A stretch of 57,513 nucleotides of DNA, filler included, from Sphacelaria rigidula (taxonomy: Eukaryota): NCBI GenBank assembly GCA_964200075.2. It is 6 parts of 6 records of this genome, joined end to end, with 100 filler letters (N's around TTAATTAATTAA, not from the genome) between each part and the next. Parts side by side here need not be neighbours in the genome. Positions count along the whole stretch, not along the records: positions 19,208 to 28,709 come from CAXNAA020008341.1; positions 28,810 to 38,311 come from CAXNAA020008342.1; 4 more parts are not named here. The stretch is one strand, 5' to 3'. The position numbers and the translations under genes are program-made. Within the stretch, counting starts at the first letter, position 1. Each line of letters starts with the position of its first letter. Below, one piece after another: positions 23,621 to 35,512 of this stretch. The notes beneath the pieces are model-generated. The model was not told where the DNA came from, made no database searches, and was given only the letters and a program-made list of their open reading frames with translations.

Positions 23621-24049
23621 TTGAGACGCTGAGGCCTTTCGCCACAGCATCCGCCACGCTCTTTTCCAGCGCGACCTTCTGAGCGGACCTCTTCCGCCGG
23701 ATCCATGAACATCTCCGGGCCGCGCTCCACCAAGAGTTCCACCGCCGCATCCCACTCCTCAGTCACCTGCCCCTCGGCCTTCTAGAAAGCATCCACTGAC
23801 AAGCTCACGCGACGACTGCCCAAAAAGACCGGCGTCTCCACGTGCGGACCAGGCGGAGAAATCCGCGTTGGCTGCAGACACCATTCGTTCTCGTACTTTA
23901 CGCCCTTGTATTCTGACCTCAAGGCTGAGACCTGGTATCACCACTTGCTGCACCGTCCATGACCTAATCCACAAATCGTGTACTAGTTTGGCCGGTACAT
24001 CTTCGTTCAGAAGGGAGCTGTCGGGCTCCTTCATGGAGTCCCGCAACCG

Positions 24050-24420
24050 CTCGCTCGTACGGGTCGACTCCAAGATCCTGAAGCGTCGGCAACCCTAGAA
24101 GAACGACGCCATCCGACCCCGGCATGATCGCAAACGAGATCGGAGGCGACGGCGCCGGCCCCCAGGAAGTCTTGAAAGCCAGCTTCCGCGGAAGAGTGCG
24201 TTCCGTGACAAAAACATGCTGACCCGACGCGGTGACGGCCTGCCGCGCCCCAAGTGAAAACAGCATGCGCGGCAGCACGCCCGGGAGAAGACGTTCCAAC
24301 ATCTCTACAATCTGCACCGTCAGACTCACATAACTCGTGAAGTGGGCTCCAGAACCCAACACAGCCCGAACCGCAATGCCTTTACGCTCCCGCTGATTTG
24401 GAACATACAGCTCCGCAGGA
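24050..24420 (-). pseudogene. Gypsy aspartic protease (catalytic Asp apparently mutated)
   Basis: AVRAVLGSGAHFT (compare LDSGA) and VVLLGLPTLQDLG. Confidence 0.7.
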
Positions 24421-25163
24421 ACGTGCTTGTCCGCAAACTCCACTGGCACTTCATTCGCCGACCGATACTCCGCTAATCCCGTTTGACGCCAAGGCTGCGC
24501 AGGCTGCGCAGGCGAAGTCGCCCCGGCAGATTCGAACCGCACCGGCGGCGGGTACGACCCCCAGCTAGCAAACCAAGGACTTGGCGAACCTGTGGTCAGC
24601 GCATCAGGAGGCGTCGCGCCTTGTGCTGATGCCGGTGTCGCCACCGGCGCCACCACCGGCGCCGGCGCAGGGTTCGCGACATTGTAGAAATCGGCTCCGC
24701 CTGCACCCCCCGTTGCGGAGCAGCAGAACCTACGGCGGCGCCGGACCCAGAACCAGACCCATGCTAACGCCGCTGACTCCTCTGCCGCTGCTGCTGCTGC
24801 TGGGAACTCGACTGCGACCCTCCACCGCCGGAGTACCCGCCGATGCCACCACCCCGATCACCTCGTCCCCTGCACAAAGAACGCCCCCCTGCCCTTGTGC
24901 TGTCGATACTGATGGCGCGCGGGATGAGACTGCCCAGACTCTCCACCGGAAGACGTGAAGCAATCGCGCGCGTAATGGTCGTTCAGGCCACAGCGGTGGC
25001 CGGTGAATGTCGCGGCGCGGCCGGCCGAGTTTGAGCAGTGGTGGTGCAAAGACTTCGGCGTGGAGGTGGGTGCCTGGCCAAACATCTCCATCTTCCGCCA
25101 CTCCTTGGCCTCGGCCACGACGGTGTCCATCACCAGGTAAGGGTCGGCCTTCCAGTCCGATTG

Positions 25164-25416
25164 GAGTCATTCTACTGTAGGGGCGGTGGGGGTATTTGAT
25201 TGCACGAAACAAAAGCCTGATAAGTGTGTCAGATGACCTGCAACATTCGCGATGCGCTTGTATTTTGTTCAAAACGGTGTCAATCGGTATGAATGAGCTT
25301 TATGTATCTGTAAGAGGGTCGTTCAAGGAACCGTTTCTGATTTCAGCGGCGATTTGCCTTGGAATTTCGTGCAAGAAGTGACCCAAAATACCCCCACCCC
25401 TATCATATGATGACTC
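25164..25416. mobile_element. 253-bp non-autonomous TIR element with 4-bp TSD (Sola2-like)
   Basis: Termini GAGTCAT...ATGACTC, imperfect TIRs containing TAGGGG..TGGGGGTATTT, and a perfect ATTG duplication (25160-63 and 25417-20). Confidence 0.8.
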
Positions 25417-25587
25417 ATTGGTGCTGCAGCTTCACAAGCACGGCTTGCTTGAATGTTTTCGGCGTTAAAACCTCCACCAAAGCCTCGGTGATTACGCCAG
25501 CCGGGCCGGGAATAAATTCACCATCGGAGGAACAATATACTAGTTGCACGTTCGGATTTTCTCGTATTTATTTCTCCAGATTAGACA

Positions 25588-25757
25588 TGATGATAATAAT
25601 AATAATAATAATAATAACAATAATAATAGTAATAGTAATAGTAATAGTAATAGTAATAATAGTAATAATAGTAATAATAGTAATAATAATAATAATAATA
25701 ATAATAGTAATAGTAATAAAATAAAATAAAAATATTAATAATAATAGTAATAATAGC

Positions 25758-25823
<66 letters not shown>

Positions 25824-25910
25824 AAGAAGAAGAAGAAGAAGAAGAAGAAGAAGAAGAAGAAGAAGAAGAAGAAGAAGAAGAAGAAGAAGAAGAAGAAGAA
25901 GAAGAAGATA
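25588..25910. repeat. Compound microsatellite (AAT/AGT)n then (AAG)n
   Basis: Directly visible in the sequence. Confidence 0.97.
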
Positions 25911-26538
25911 GGATTGGCTTCACACGCTCTAGCATCGTTTCCCTCCGAAACTCCATGGCAACAGCTTTCGCCACGGCCGCGGACGCTTGGGTCAGCTCCA
26001 CCTCGGCGCCGGCCGCATGCCCAGCATGCGTTTTGATCGCCGCAACCAATTGTGGCGGGGTTATTGTGCTCTCATCAGGTTCCACACGCGCAAATACTCT
26101 TCGCACATGCGTCGGCACTTGTTGAGCCATTGACACTACCTGATGTCGCACTGCACCCCCTGCGTTACCATGCTCCACACGCTTACTGTACTCCACGTAC
26201 TTGGTATAGGAAGTGCGAGATGCACTCTCGGAGTACCTATCCCCGTATTGGAGAGGTCGCAACTCTTGCCGCATAACCACGGGCGTCACGCTGGACGTAA
26301 TACGCGAGACGGTTGCCATAGTTGTAGCCGGCTTCCTGCGATTTTTTCGCAGGCCAGCGGACCTTCGCGAACTGCACACTTCACCCTTGCTTCGTCGCCG
26401 CACCACATATACGCTGTAGCCTCCAAACTCTCGCTGCACGCAGTTTCAGTAAGTCTCCAGCCTGCATCAATCACAGGCCAGCCGCTTTTCTGCAGCTACC
26501 ATCAGCTTGAACCCCTCCCACGCGTCCGTGGTGTATCA

Positions 26539-26549
26539 GGTTGTCACCA
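26539..26549 (-). other. Putative primer-binding site
   Basis: Minus strand reads ...GGCA-GC-TGGTGACAACC: a TGG start 2 nt after a CA that would end the 5' LTR. Confidence 0.55.
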
Positions 26550-26551
26550 GC

Positions 26552-26893
26552 TGCCAGACTCCTGCGCCAAAAAATCTTCCGGCAGGTTCCGCTGGGTACT
26601 ATCTCTAGCACTGACACTAATATCGATGTTATGTCGCCAGCCAGAAGAAAAACTGGTGGATCACTAGAGGCACTCCCCTGTCTCACTGGCCTCATCTTCA
26701 GTTGTCAGCCCTTACAACATTTTTTCATCACCGGAGTGCCCTTGTAAGCGTAGCCCCCTAGACCCGCAGGATATCATCCCCGTGTACCCGGTCATTATCC
26801 AGAATCCTCCCGGAATCCTCCAGAATCCCCGTGCCCCCGGTCATTATCCAGATCATCACCACGACCTCAATGTAACGGCGTATCTTCCTCACA
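26552..26893 (-). repeat. 5' LTR
   Basis: TG...CA boundaries, homologous to 20243-20512. The inner boundary is inferred from the PBS position. Confidence 0.8.
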
Positions 26894-28709
26894 GTACATA
26901 GCGCACTGTCGTGGTATTTGCAGGGGCTGGCCTCGGGGTTTGTCATCTCTCAGGCATACTTGTCTCGGAGTCAAGCAACGTTTGGATATGAATATTTGGT
27001 TTGGCTGTCAGGGATGGCAGCTTGTTGAAAGATCTAAGTCGATGTTTCGAAAAGTAGTCGATATGAGATATAAGTTGTATGGTTGATTGCCTTGTCTACT
27101 GCACATTGTTCACGTGCACAACAGATAGCGTTCCCGGAACGTTTGTTGGACGGAGGGTTGTCCTGTCATCTGCTTTTTGGTTCCTGATTGCACGAAAAAA
27201 GCACTTCATCTCGGATACCGGACTCCATCAGCTTTAGCCGCCGTTGCTATGAGTTCCAAGTGAGGCCTTACCAGTACGCTTTATAGTTGGGAGGAACTAC
27301 CGGCTCTTGTTCGTATTGTAATATACAAGGGAATAATTCATTTCTGTGAACATCTGGATTTGAACGGCTTATTGTCTTGTGGTTTGGATTCTGGGTTGAT
27401 TGTTGCTGACAGCTCTGCATTGCAACCAGGCACATATGGCTCGAGCCTCTGTTCGTAAGAACATAAAGGACAAAGGTGTAGTGAGGCTGCCTTCTAGGAG
27501 GCGACTAGGCCTAGGTACATAATATATGGGTTTTCATCTTATAGCGATCAAGCTCTTGTTGTGTGCTGCCTACTGTGTTGCCGCTGTCCTTGTGTGCCTT
27601 GCGTGGGCACAGTGTAGCAACAGTCAAGTCACGGATTTTGGGTGTATCAACCGTATTTATTTTTCCTTCCCAAAGCTTGCTGTTTTCTTTCCTGATGCCG
27701 CTTCGGTGCACGTCTTCGCCTTCGACTTCCGTCGGCACAAGTAACGATTGCAGCATCAGCGTGCACCCTCGTGCTCGCTCCTGTCATAGAGTGTGCCCTG
27801 GCTTCGGGGATTCTGTACAGGGTGCAATTGTTCCCTTGCTGTCCACCCCGTTTCCGGCGCAAAACAGTGTGTGTACAGTTGGTTCCGGATCCGGAAAACC
27901 CCCCCCAAGAGGGATGCGTCGAGGTCTGTGTGTACACAGCACCGCGGTGCATCACCCTCCACCATGGCGCAACTTTGCTCACGATGTGCACGTTACAACA
28001 CTCTCGACGTTTCATTTCTATATCAGCACTGGCCATATTCCCTTTGCTTACAGTTCGTCTGCGCACCCCTGGGTAACCAACGTGTGCAGCACAGAAACGC
28101 GTTCAGTATTGCACCTCAGTGTCACCCTCCGTGCGTGCGGCGCAATATGCACTACAGCATCGCTTTGGGTGATCTTGTTTTGCGATGCCTCGACGTACAA
28201 GTATCGCTTTACCTCGAGCAATGCTACGGTAGGGGTGCACTTCTTTCGCGAAATTGTGTCTGGCTCAGGGGCTCCCAACGATTCTAGACGCACAAGAATA
28301 TGGGTCAGGGCATTCCCGTTTGCAAATTTATCCGGGATATCCCCAGCACATTGGAATAATAATCCTGGCGTACTCTCGCATATTTTCCTAAGTCGTGTTT
28401 TGGATGAGATAAAGAGCTCCTAACAATTCTAACCTCAGGAAATATTTGCGTACCCCTACCGTAGCATCACTCCCTCGATGATGGTTCGTGGTGAAGGAAT
28501 TCACCTCCCGACCGCTACGCCGAGAGCGCCGAGGTATCGCTTGTATACGGCACTCGTCAGCGGCAGCGATCTGATGCCGTGCTCGTATATATGTACATGC
28601 ATCATTTCGCATTTTTCACCACTTTTGCCGAGTGTTCTCTGAACAGCCAATCATCTATGTTGAGGATGGTGCTTTTGATTGAGGATGAGAACCCGGAGGA
28701 TTAAAATCT

Positions 28710-28809
28710 NNNNNNNNNNNNNNNNNNNNNNNNNNNNNNNNNNNNNNNNNNNNTTAATTAATTAANNNNNNNNNNNNNNNNNNNNNNNNNNNNNNNNNNN
28801 NNNNNNNNN
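28710..28809. other. Artificial contig spacer
   Basis: N44-TTAATTAATTAA-N44. Confidence 0.99.
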
Positions 28810-29566
28810 GCTCTGTTTCCCGATCTTACACTCCCCCCCCCCTCCCCCCCCCAATGTTGTTCTGTAGCACTACGAGGGTGTGATGAGAAGCGGGGCCTAC
28901 AACGCGCCAAGCTTTCGGACTGTCGGAATAAAACATTCACCTCTGTTCTTGCCCATTTTGATTTATTTCTTCTTCATCACACTCATACTGATCAATGGGC
29001 TTACTGATCACCCGTCGTTCACAGAGGAAACAAGTATTCTACTGCCAGACGGTCGAGGGTGATGTACAACGTATGGTCGGTATGCACCGTCACCCAGGAG
29101 TGCATATATACCTGATATATCTGGAGGAACCTCGGACGATTGTTCGGTTTTGACCGCACAACTACAAGCGGGCATACCAGCTTCGACTGGATTCAGGACT
29201 CAGCTACCTGTAAGACCAGACCCTCGTTAGTACAGCCGCTCTCGGTCTTTGCACCAATTTCCCCCCAAAACTGGGAGAACAACCGCGAAAAAGTGAAGGG
29301 CTGGGGGGGCTCTTGCGTAGCGCTCGGCTGCTGTGTCTGGCGACAGAAATCCAGGAGGGCTGACCAAGGGGCCTCAGATGTGCTGGATGAAAGAACAGTA
29401 CAGTCAGTACAACGCAGTGCTTCGGTATTCCGACCGATGTAGGTTCCCTACTTTGCCTTTTTGGCCTCGTATGGAAGGCGCACAATGTAGCCGACGTTTT
29501 TTTCCATCTCTTCTTTAGTTTAATTTGTTTTTTCCAGCCGTACGTACGTGTTCGTGTATAACATAA

Positions 29567-29701
29567 ACACCCTGGACAGAAGATCACAGCGTCAAAAAGT
29601 GTACTGCGTACGGTATCGACTATCGCGCCTGTTACATTGGACATTATATTTCATACTGTACGCAGCACACTCGTTGACGATGTACTCTCTCCTTCAGGGT
29701 A
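29567..29701. mobile_element. Short imperfect-palindrome MITE
   Basis: ACACCCTGGACA...CAGGGT ends with internal inverted arms; homologous to 4865-4998 in the opposite orientation. Confidence 0.65.
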
Positions 29702-30199
29702 AGGCGTTATATTTTTTGGCTGACGTGTTTGAAATACCCCACCCTTCGGGGTGCCGTGTTTTCATGGCCTTGGGCGTATTATTTTGCTTTTTTCTCTTCT
29801 TGTAGTTGCCGTCTTCGTAGGCCCTGGCTTTGTGACCGCGGGTGCTAGATTGTGGAAAAAGGGCTAATGTGAGGGAAAATAACGACAGCAACAAGAGCAA
29901 CAACAAGTACATCAAGCACTTGCAGACTGTCGAGTCCGTCGCTTTGTACCCCACACGTAACGACGAATACGGTCGGGCATAGCACGTGAAATGCTCATGT
30001 GTTGTGTACTGTACTGCTGTGAAAAGGTATCTCGTCTGCGTGTTTTGCATGCGCTTTGCGCGGTATGAGACCCTCTTCAAATCGTTTTGAGGTCATTCTT
30101 CAACTGCCTCATGATGCCGATAAATTAGATTGCCGACTCTTGCGGCCAAAAGGGTCAACTTGGCTGACGATGGGCGAATATTCCCTCTGTTGTTCTGTA

Positions 30200-30580
30200 T
30201 GCCGTGTATCTCGTGATCAACGTGTGAACAGCTTCAAGGTGAGGGGTACTTTCCTCCCGCGGTTCGAATCTCGGTAATTTTTTTCTCATCACACGATCTG
30301 GGAGTTTCCTGACACCATGCCCAACAGTAAAGAGCGACTCGGTCGTGGGTACGCGAAAATTCGACTCAACGGTCGACGAGGGAAGGGGACCGCTGAACCC
30401 TTCTCGCGATAAAAAGTTAGGCAAGCACCGCAGGAGAAAGGCGGAGTACTCAAAACAAAATATAAACTCCTGTGCTGGGCTTCGTCTTGTGTGACCGCGG
30501 GTGATGTGCGCACATATACCGAAAGGTGTAGACTGGCGTTCAGGATAGATGGGATGGCAACACACAACACAACACACATG
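30200..30580 (+). mobile_element. tRNA-derived SINE with a different head
   Basis: B box GGTTCGAATCT (~30261). Body TCACACGATCTGGG...GGTCGACGAGGGAAGGGGACCGCTGAACCC...AGGCAAGCACCGCAG is shared with the other copies; CACAA tail. Confidence 0.75.
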
Positions 30581-31379
30581 CGGAGATGGGTGCATACCAC
30601 TTCACGTGCAGTAGTTGCCGGCGGATTGTGCTGCCAGCCATAATTGGAGAGGATAAGCAGGAGTGGCACCTTCTGCAATCGCTGCGTGTTGCAGTCGACG
30701 CGTACTGTCACGTCATCTGATCTTCCAGCTGCTTGTTTGGGTTGGTGAGTGAGGCGTGATGGCTTTTGGTCGCGTCTACGGAGTGAGCCCACGTTACGCG
30801 GGGAGCTTCACACATTTCCGTATCATCATCTTGAAACCAAGCGATGAAAGGGCACCTCAAAATTTGAAGTGGTTTCTGAACAAAAATGAACTACTGTCTG
30901 TAGCTTTGACCCGTGAAGGACCCACGTCATCCAATCACTATATCAGAGTATTGCTCGCCTCTCTGTGAAATTGCTTGATCATTTTATGGAGCGTGTTTTC
31001 CCCCGCGGCACGCTCTTCCTGTGGGAATGGAAACGAACTGCCTCATTTTCGGTCGCTGGCCGCTTGATAGCTTCATCCTCTGCTGATATTATTGGTTTAC
31101 AGAGCACCACCCAGCACCACTGGAAAACGAAAGACATCAACACTTTTTAATTTACCTCGAATTTTAATTTCATTTGATTTGTCGCGCTTTGAACCCCTCC
31201 CCTTCCTCGAGACGAGTCCGTGATCTCAATGGATCAACCCATCTCTCCCCGGTACACGCCTTGCATCTTCCTCTCGCGGATTAGGTCGGCACTCCCGCAC
31301 CGCGTCAAATCACGTTAAAAACAACTCAGTCGTCCACTTTGTTTTACTCACGTTCTCACGCTTTCCACGGTGGAAATCA

Positions 31380-31470
31380 GATGTCACGAAGAAAAAACCC
31401 AACGCATCGGGAATGGAACCCTTGTTCTCTCTACCCTGATGGCGACAGTCGGACCATTACACCACGGGGG
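31380..31470 (-). mobile_element. Probable tRNA-derived SINE head
   Basis: Minus strand reads CCCCCGTGGTGTAATGGT (A box) ... GGGTTCCATTCCC (B-box-like). No convincing cloverleaf. Confidence 0.45.
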
Positions 31471-32774
31471 CGCGATGGCGGAATGAGGGATGGGTATTCA
31501 GAAAAAAAAATCGGTGGGATACGATATCCAATAATTGGGGTAAAACATTCGCTTCATGAACACAATATCCAATGTATTGTATTCCATGATCTCGCACGGT
31601 ATCAAATACGACAACATTCGCCTCCATACCTCCCGACGCGTCTAGATTTTACAACCGTAGTAGGACCAACCAAAGGATCGTGTATAAAGAGAGTGAAGAA
31701 AACCGCGACTCACACTTCACCACACAAAAACACGCCCAGCACCGAACCCCCTCCGTTGAATAGTCTTTTTCGAGTTTCGTGTTCTATTCTTAATCTCTCA
31801 CTGGTCTCCTTTGGCCACGGAACGCATGTGAAGTTGTCATGCATTCGTAGAACGTTGAGGCATTTCGTGACCAGGATTTGCTTTTGTCGGCTATCGGTTT
31901 TCCTGTACTGTACTCGACTGTTGGGTAATGCGAAGCACAGTTTCTCTTTGATCTCGTGTGGCTGGTGCAGCTGGTGCGTGCTTATGCCACAACGCAAAAA
32001 TATCCAAAAGTTGTTGCGTACTTCTGACCTTTCGTACAACCGCGGATCATCGCACCCTGTGCAATCAGTTTGTAAATCGCTCGATGTACTCGGCTTGAGT
32101 TTTCCTCGTACCCCTGTGTGATGACTGACTGCTATGCGTGGTATGCAGAATAAAACCACGGCGGCAATAAAATACTCGGTACCTTCAACGCACGCCCATT
32201 CAACGAAACTATTTTCATCTCCACGTGTGGAGCGACTGCCACAGTGCCATGAATACAGCGGTGGAGCCCTCTATGACAAAAGACGACATACCATTACTAC
32301 AACCGTTGCAGCGCAACATATTTCTGAGCCACTCATGATAGAACTCAGCTTCACGCCAGAAAGTTGAGTTTTCCCAGGGTCATCACCCCCCCCCCGTGCG
32401 ATGACTTCGATAGCTGTGCGATAATCGGATTATATCATTTAGTACATACTTTTCGTAGCGCATCCCCTGTGCTTATTATTATCGTGTTCGTCATATTAGC
32501 TCGATCTCTCAACCCGTGGTCACATAGCGCAAGGAGCATACCACCCATACCCATGAATCAAACAGGCAGCAGAGGAAGGCAAGAAACAAAATATCTACAC
32601 GAAAAAAATCACCCACACTACGATAGATCCGTAGAAGACCGATTGAATTGCAGGAGACCTACTGGAATCCGAAAGTGCTGTGACCCCGATATGTGCGCTG
32701 ACCCGCAGATTTCAAGTAGCACATGACATGGGGGATGAGATACATCGCAGGATATGGGATACAAAACGATTTAG

Positions 32775-33665
32775 GCGCGACCTATTTGCAGGTAGGGTAT
32801 GCAAATAAGAGCGAGCAGGTCGCGAACGCCTCCAGAGCCAAATCCGCGAGAAACCCAAATTTAGATGCTGAACAGACCAAAAATCAATCGTACTCCACAG
32901 CAGCTCACAGAAGGGCAGTAACACCGAACATATTTTTCTTGTAGTAGGATACCGCAAACGTAGGCGTTGATGAGTTCTCTGCTCGACATTATCGGGAACA
33001 ACTAAGTGAATCGTTTTTTCTCGAAGGACCTCTTTGAGGCGATTTCTCAAATAACAAAAGGAATGCTGGTGCTGCGTCATTGAAAACAGGTCATCAGCTG
33101 AGTGTTTAAACGTAATCCTGTCATGTGTGTACGATCACGTAGCCACACTGACAGCAGTAGTACTATACCGTATAGGGCTTCTTGTGCTCTGTACAGTTGA
33201 TAAGTAGTACGATACAGGAACACCCCTACTACTTGTGCCGCCGCTCCGATAGCCTGAACAGTACACAGTGTGTACAGACAGCGTGGTGTCTTGTACAACA
33301 CCAGTGAATGCAACAGGCGGTATTCTCGATAGCAAGCAGCTGATGCGTATACAGTAGTCGATGTGTTCAGAGCATCCATTCAATCGAGCATGCGCGGCGC
33401 TCGGTGGACCCAAAACCCAATACGACTGTTGGCTTGTCAATTTCGAGTAGAGAGCTCATCGCCGTCGACGTATGTGGTCTCCTGCCCTACGACAAGATCC
33501 TTTCTTGCCTACCCTGCTATGGACTGCTGTGGAGTGCGACTGACGGTTGTTTCGTATGTGCAGCATTTTGAGTTCAAATTGGTTTTTTTGTGGATTTGGT
33601 TCTGGAGGCGTTGGCGACCTGGGCACTCTTATTTGCATACCCCACCTGCAAATAGGTCGCGCCAA
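32775..33665. repeat. Pair of long inverted repeats (~32775-32990 and ~33443-33665)
   Basis: GGCGCGACCTATTTGCAGGT.GGGTATGCAAATAAGAG...ACTCCACAGCAG...GATGAG.TCTCT.CTCGA occurs on opposite strands. Confidence 0.8.
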
Positions 33666-33763
33666 CGATTTATCCCGCAATTTCGGGAGATACGAAAAAA
33701 ATGTTGAGCACACATCGGGGCAAACATATCCAGTTATGGGATACAATACCCATCACTATATTC

Positions 33764-34113
33764 ACCGGTCGCCCCGGTGGCTCAGTTTGGTAACCTCGAA
33801 ACCTTGTGACGGTCAGGTCGATGGTTCGAATCTCGGTGAAGTCACACGATCTGGGTTTTTTCTCACACCATGCCCAAGAGTAGTGGAGTGCGATTATGTC
33901 GTGGATACATCCAAGTCAATTTCATGGTTGACGAGGGAGAGGGACCGCTGAACCCCTCTCACGATAAAAGTAAAGGCAAGCACCGCAGAAGGAAGGTGGG
34001 GTACTAGAAAAAAAAATGCTGTGTTGGCCTTCCTCCTGTAACCGCGGCTTATGCGCCCATATATACCGAAAGATGTAGACCGACGTCCACAACAGATGGG
34101 ATGTCACCAAAAA
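33764..34113 (+). mobile_element. tRNA-derived SINE
   Basis: Head ACCGGTCGCCCCGGTGGCTCAGTTTGGTAAC and B box GGTTCGAATCT; body shared with the 19886 copy. Confidence 0.75.
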
Positions 34114-35361
34114 TAGTACTGGCACCGGGCGGGCTCTCGTAAGTACAGTTATTAGGCCATCGGTTATGTCATACGAAGAAGGTAACTCGCTATACCCAGA
34201 CCAACCCCCCGTAGACCAGTCCGACCGGAGCTCATAAGTACACGGCAGCGACTCGGGAGGTGCGGATCCTTGGGTGCGGTCTGTCATACGGTTCAGCACC
34301 GCGGTGAGGGGCGAATCGGCCTTGCTCTTGACTTGCGATATCACTTTTGCACACAGACCGGGTCTTGTCCACACGGATCATGAAGACATTGACATTATTA
34401 TAGACACATCAGTACCACGGTGACTATTTACGGTGTCGGTGCTGTACGTGTGTTGTGCTGCCCTCTTTTGACATAAGCGACTGATGCAGTGGAAACAACC
34501 GCCCACCAAGTGCGTGCCAGTAAAGTACAGTGTTGTACAATTCAACACTTGTACTGTGGTTAAATACAGAGCGATGTGCCGCAAATTGTAGGGTCCGCCC
34601 GCTCAATTTCACGTCTGCACCGCTGTGCCCCACGGAACCAACTCATTGGGGAACATGTCATTGTCCTGACCAAGGGCAACCGAAATGTGATCTTTTCGGC
34701 CTTCTGTTCAATGCGCACGTCACGACCAGAGCAGCAGGGATCTAGCGAATGAAAACGACACAAGATTGAATATCGTGGCTAGAGCCAACCCCTGCATAAA
34801 CGTCCAGATGCAAACACGTCCACGATCACCATGTGGCATGAGCTATGACCCACCCCGAGTATCCAACGAGGGAGAATCGTTCAAGTTACAGAGGGCCAGA
34901 TTACACACCGCAAAAAAAAGCCCCCGTGCCTATCCTGCGCGCAAACCGTGAGTTTTAGACCATCGCTTCTCGAAGAGATCTGATATACTAGGGAAGACAC
35001 TCTCCCCAATAACAGACGACACCTAACCCACCTGCTTCTGCGAGAAGTCCAAGTGCCTAGAGGCGGGCCCCACGACAAATGCAGATACGCTGGAGCAACC
35101 CGCCACAGCCAAGGCGGCCACAGCACCTACACTACGCATGATGTTTTATATCCGACAAACAAATGGGTTTTGTACGAATATGTTCGGCACTAAATCCCCC
35201 GCAATGGACAAACGTTTATCCTTCTCGCTCTCCTCGAAACCTAGCAGAACAGTAGTTCGTTGGGGGTGATCCACGGGCAGATACCAAGGGCATGTGTAGG
35301 CAGGGTGGGAAGGTGTGTTTCTTTCAAAATATTCGCGTACTTCTCAGACCCGTTGAATAGA

Positions 35362-35512
35362 ATGAACAAAATTCCGAGAATGCACCGACAAGACTACAGT
35401 GCAGGGCAAAAGCAACACCAAGTGTACCCTGTTGCCGGTAAGCGTGGTGCGATGATTCCAGCTACACAGAGGCCGGATGGGACTTGGAGAAAGGCCAGAA
35501 AAATCAGAGCAG
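35362..35512 (+). CDS. PYM/WIBG-like Mago-binding domain exon
   Basis: MIPATQRPDGTWRKARKIRAG matches the PYM N-terminal motif I..TQRPDGTWRK.R....G. Donor GTAAAC at 35513, phase 1. The start codon is uncertain. Confidence 0.8.

Larger units (their letters stand above)
24730..26320 (-). pseudogene. Gypsy gag, interrupted by a MITE and a microsatellite
   Basis: MATVSRITSS...RVKPIL/SNLEKY...KLQHQ/SDWKADPYLVMD, with degenerate zinc knuckle HRCGLNDHYARDC. Confidence 0.75.
20243..26893 (-). mobile_element. Decayed Ty3/Gypsy LTR retrotransposon with chromodomain
   Basis: Direct repeats at 20243-20512 and ~26552-26893. On the minus strand the order is gag, protease, RT, RNase H, integrase, chromodomain (Gypsy order), with many frameshifts and stops. 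Confidence 0.93.

Noticed and set aside
21692..23624. Long plus-strand ORFs (211, 240 and 170 aa)
   Set aside because: Antisense shadows of the GC-rich Gypsy pol region.
25359..25910. Poly-Ile, poly-Asn, poly-Ser and poly-Tyr ORFs
   Set aside because: Translations of the microsatellite.
31339..32121. 260-aa plus-strand ORF
   Set aside because: Non-ATG start, overlaps a SINE-like head, and has no motifs or coding-like composition.
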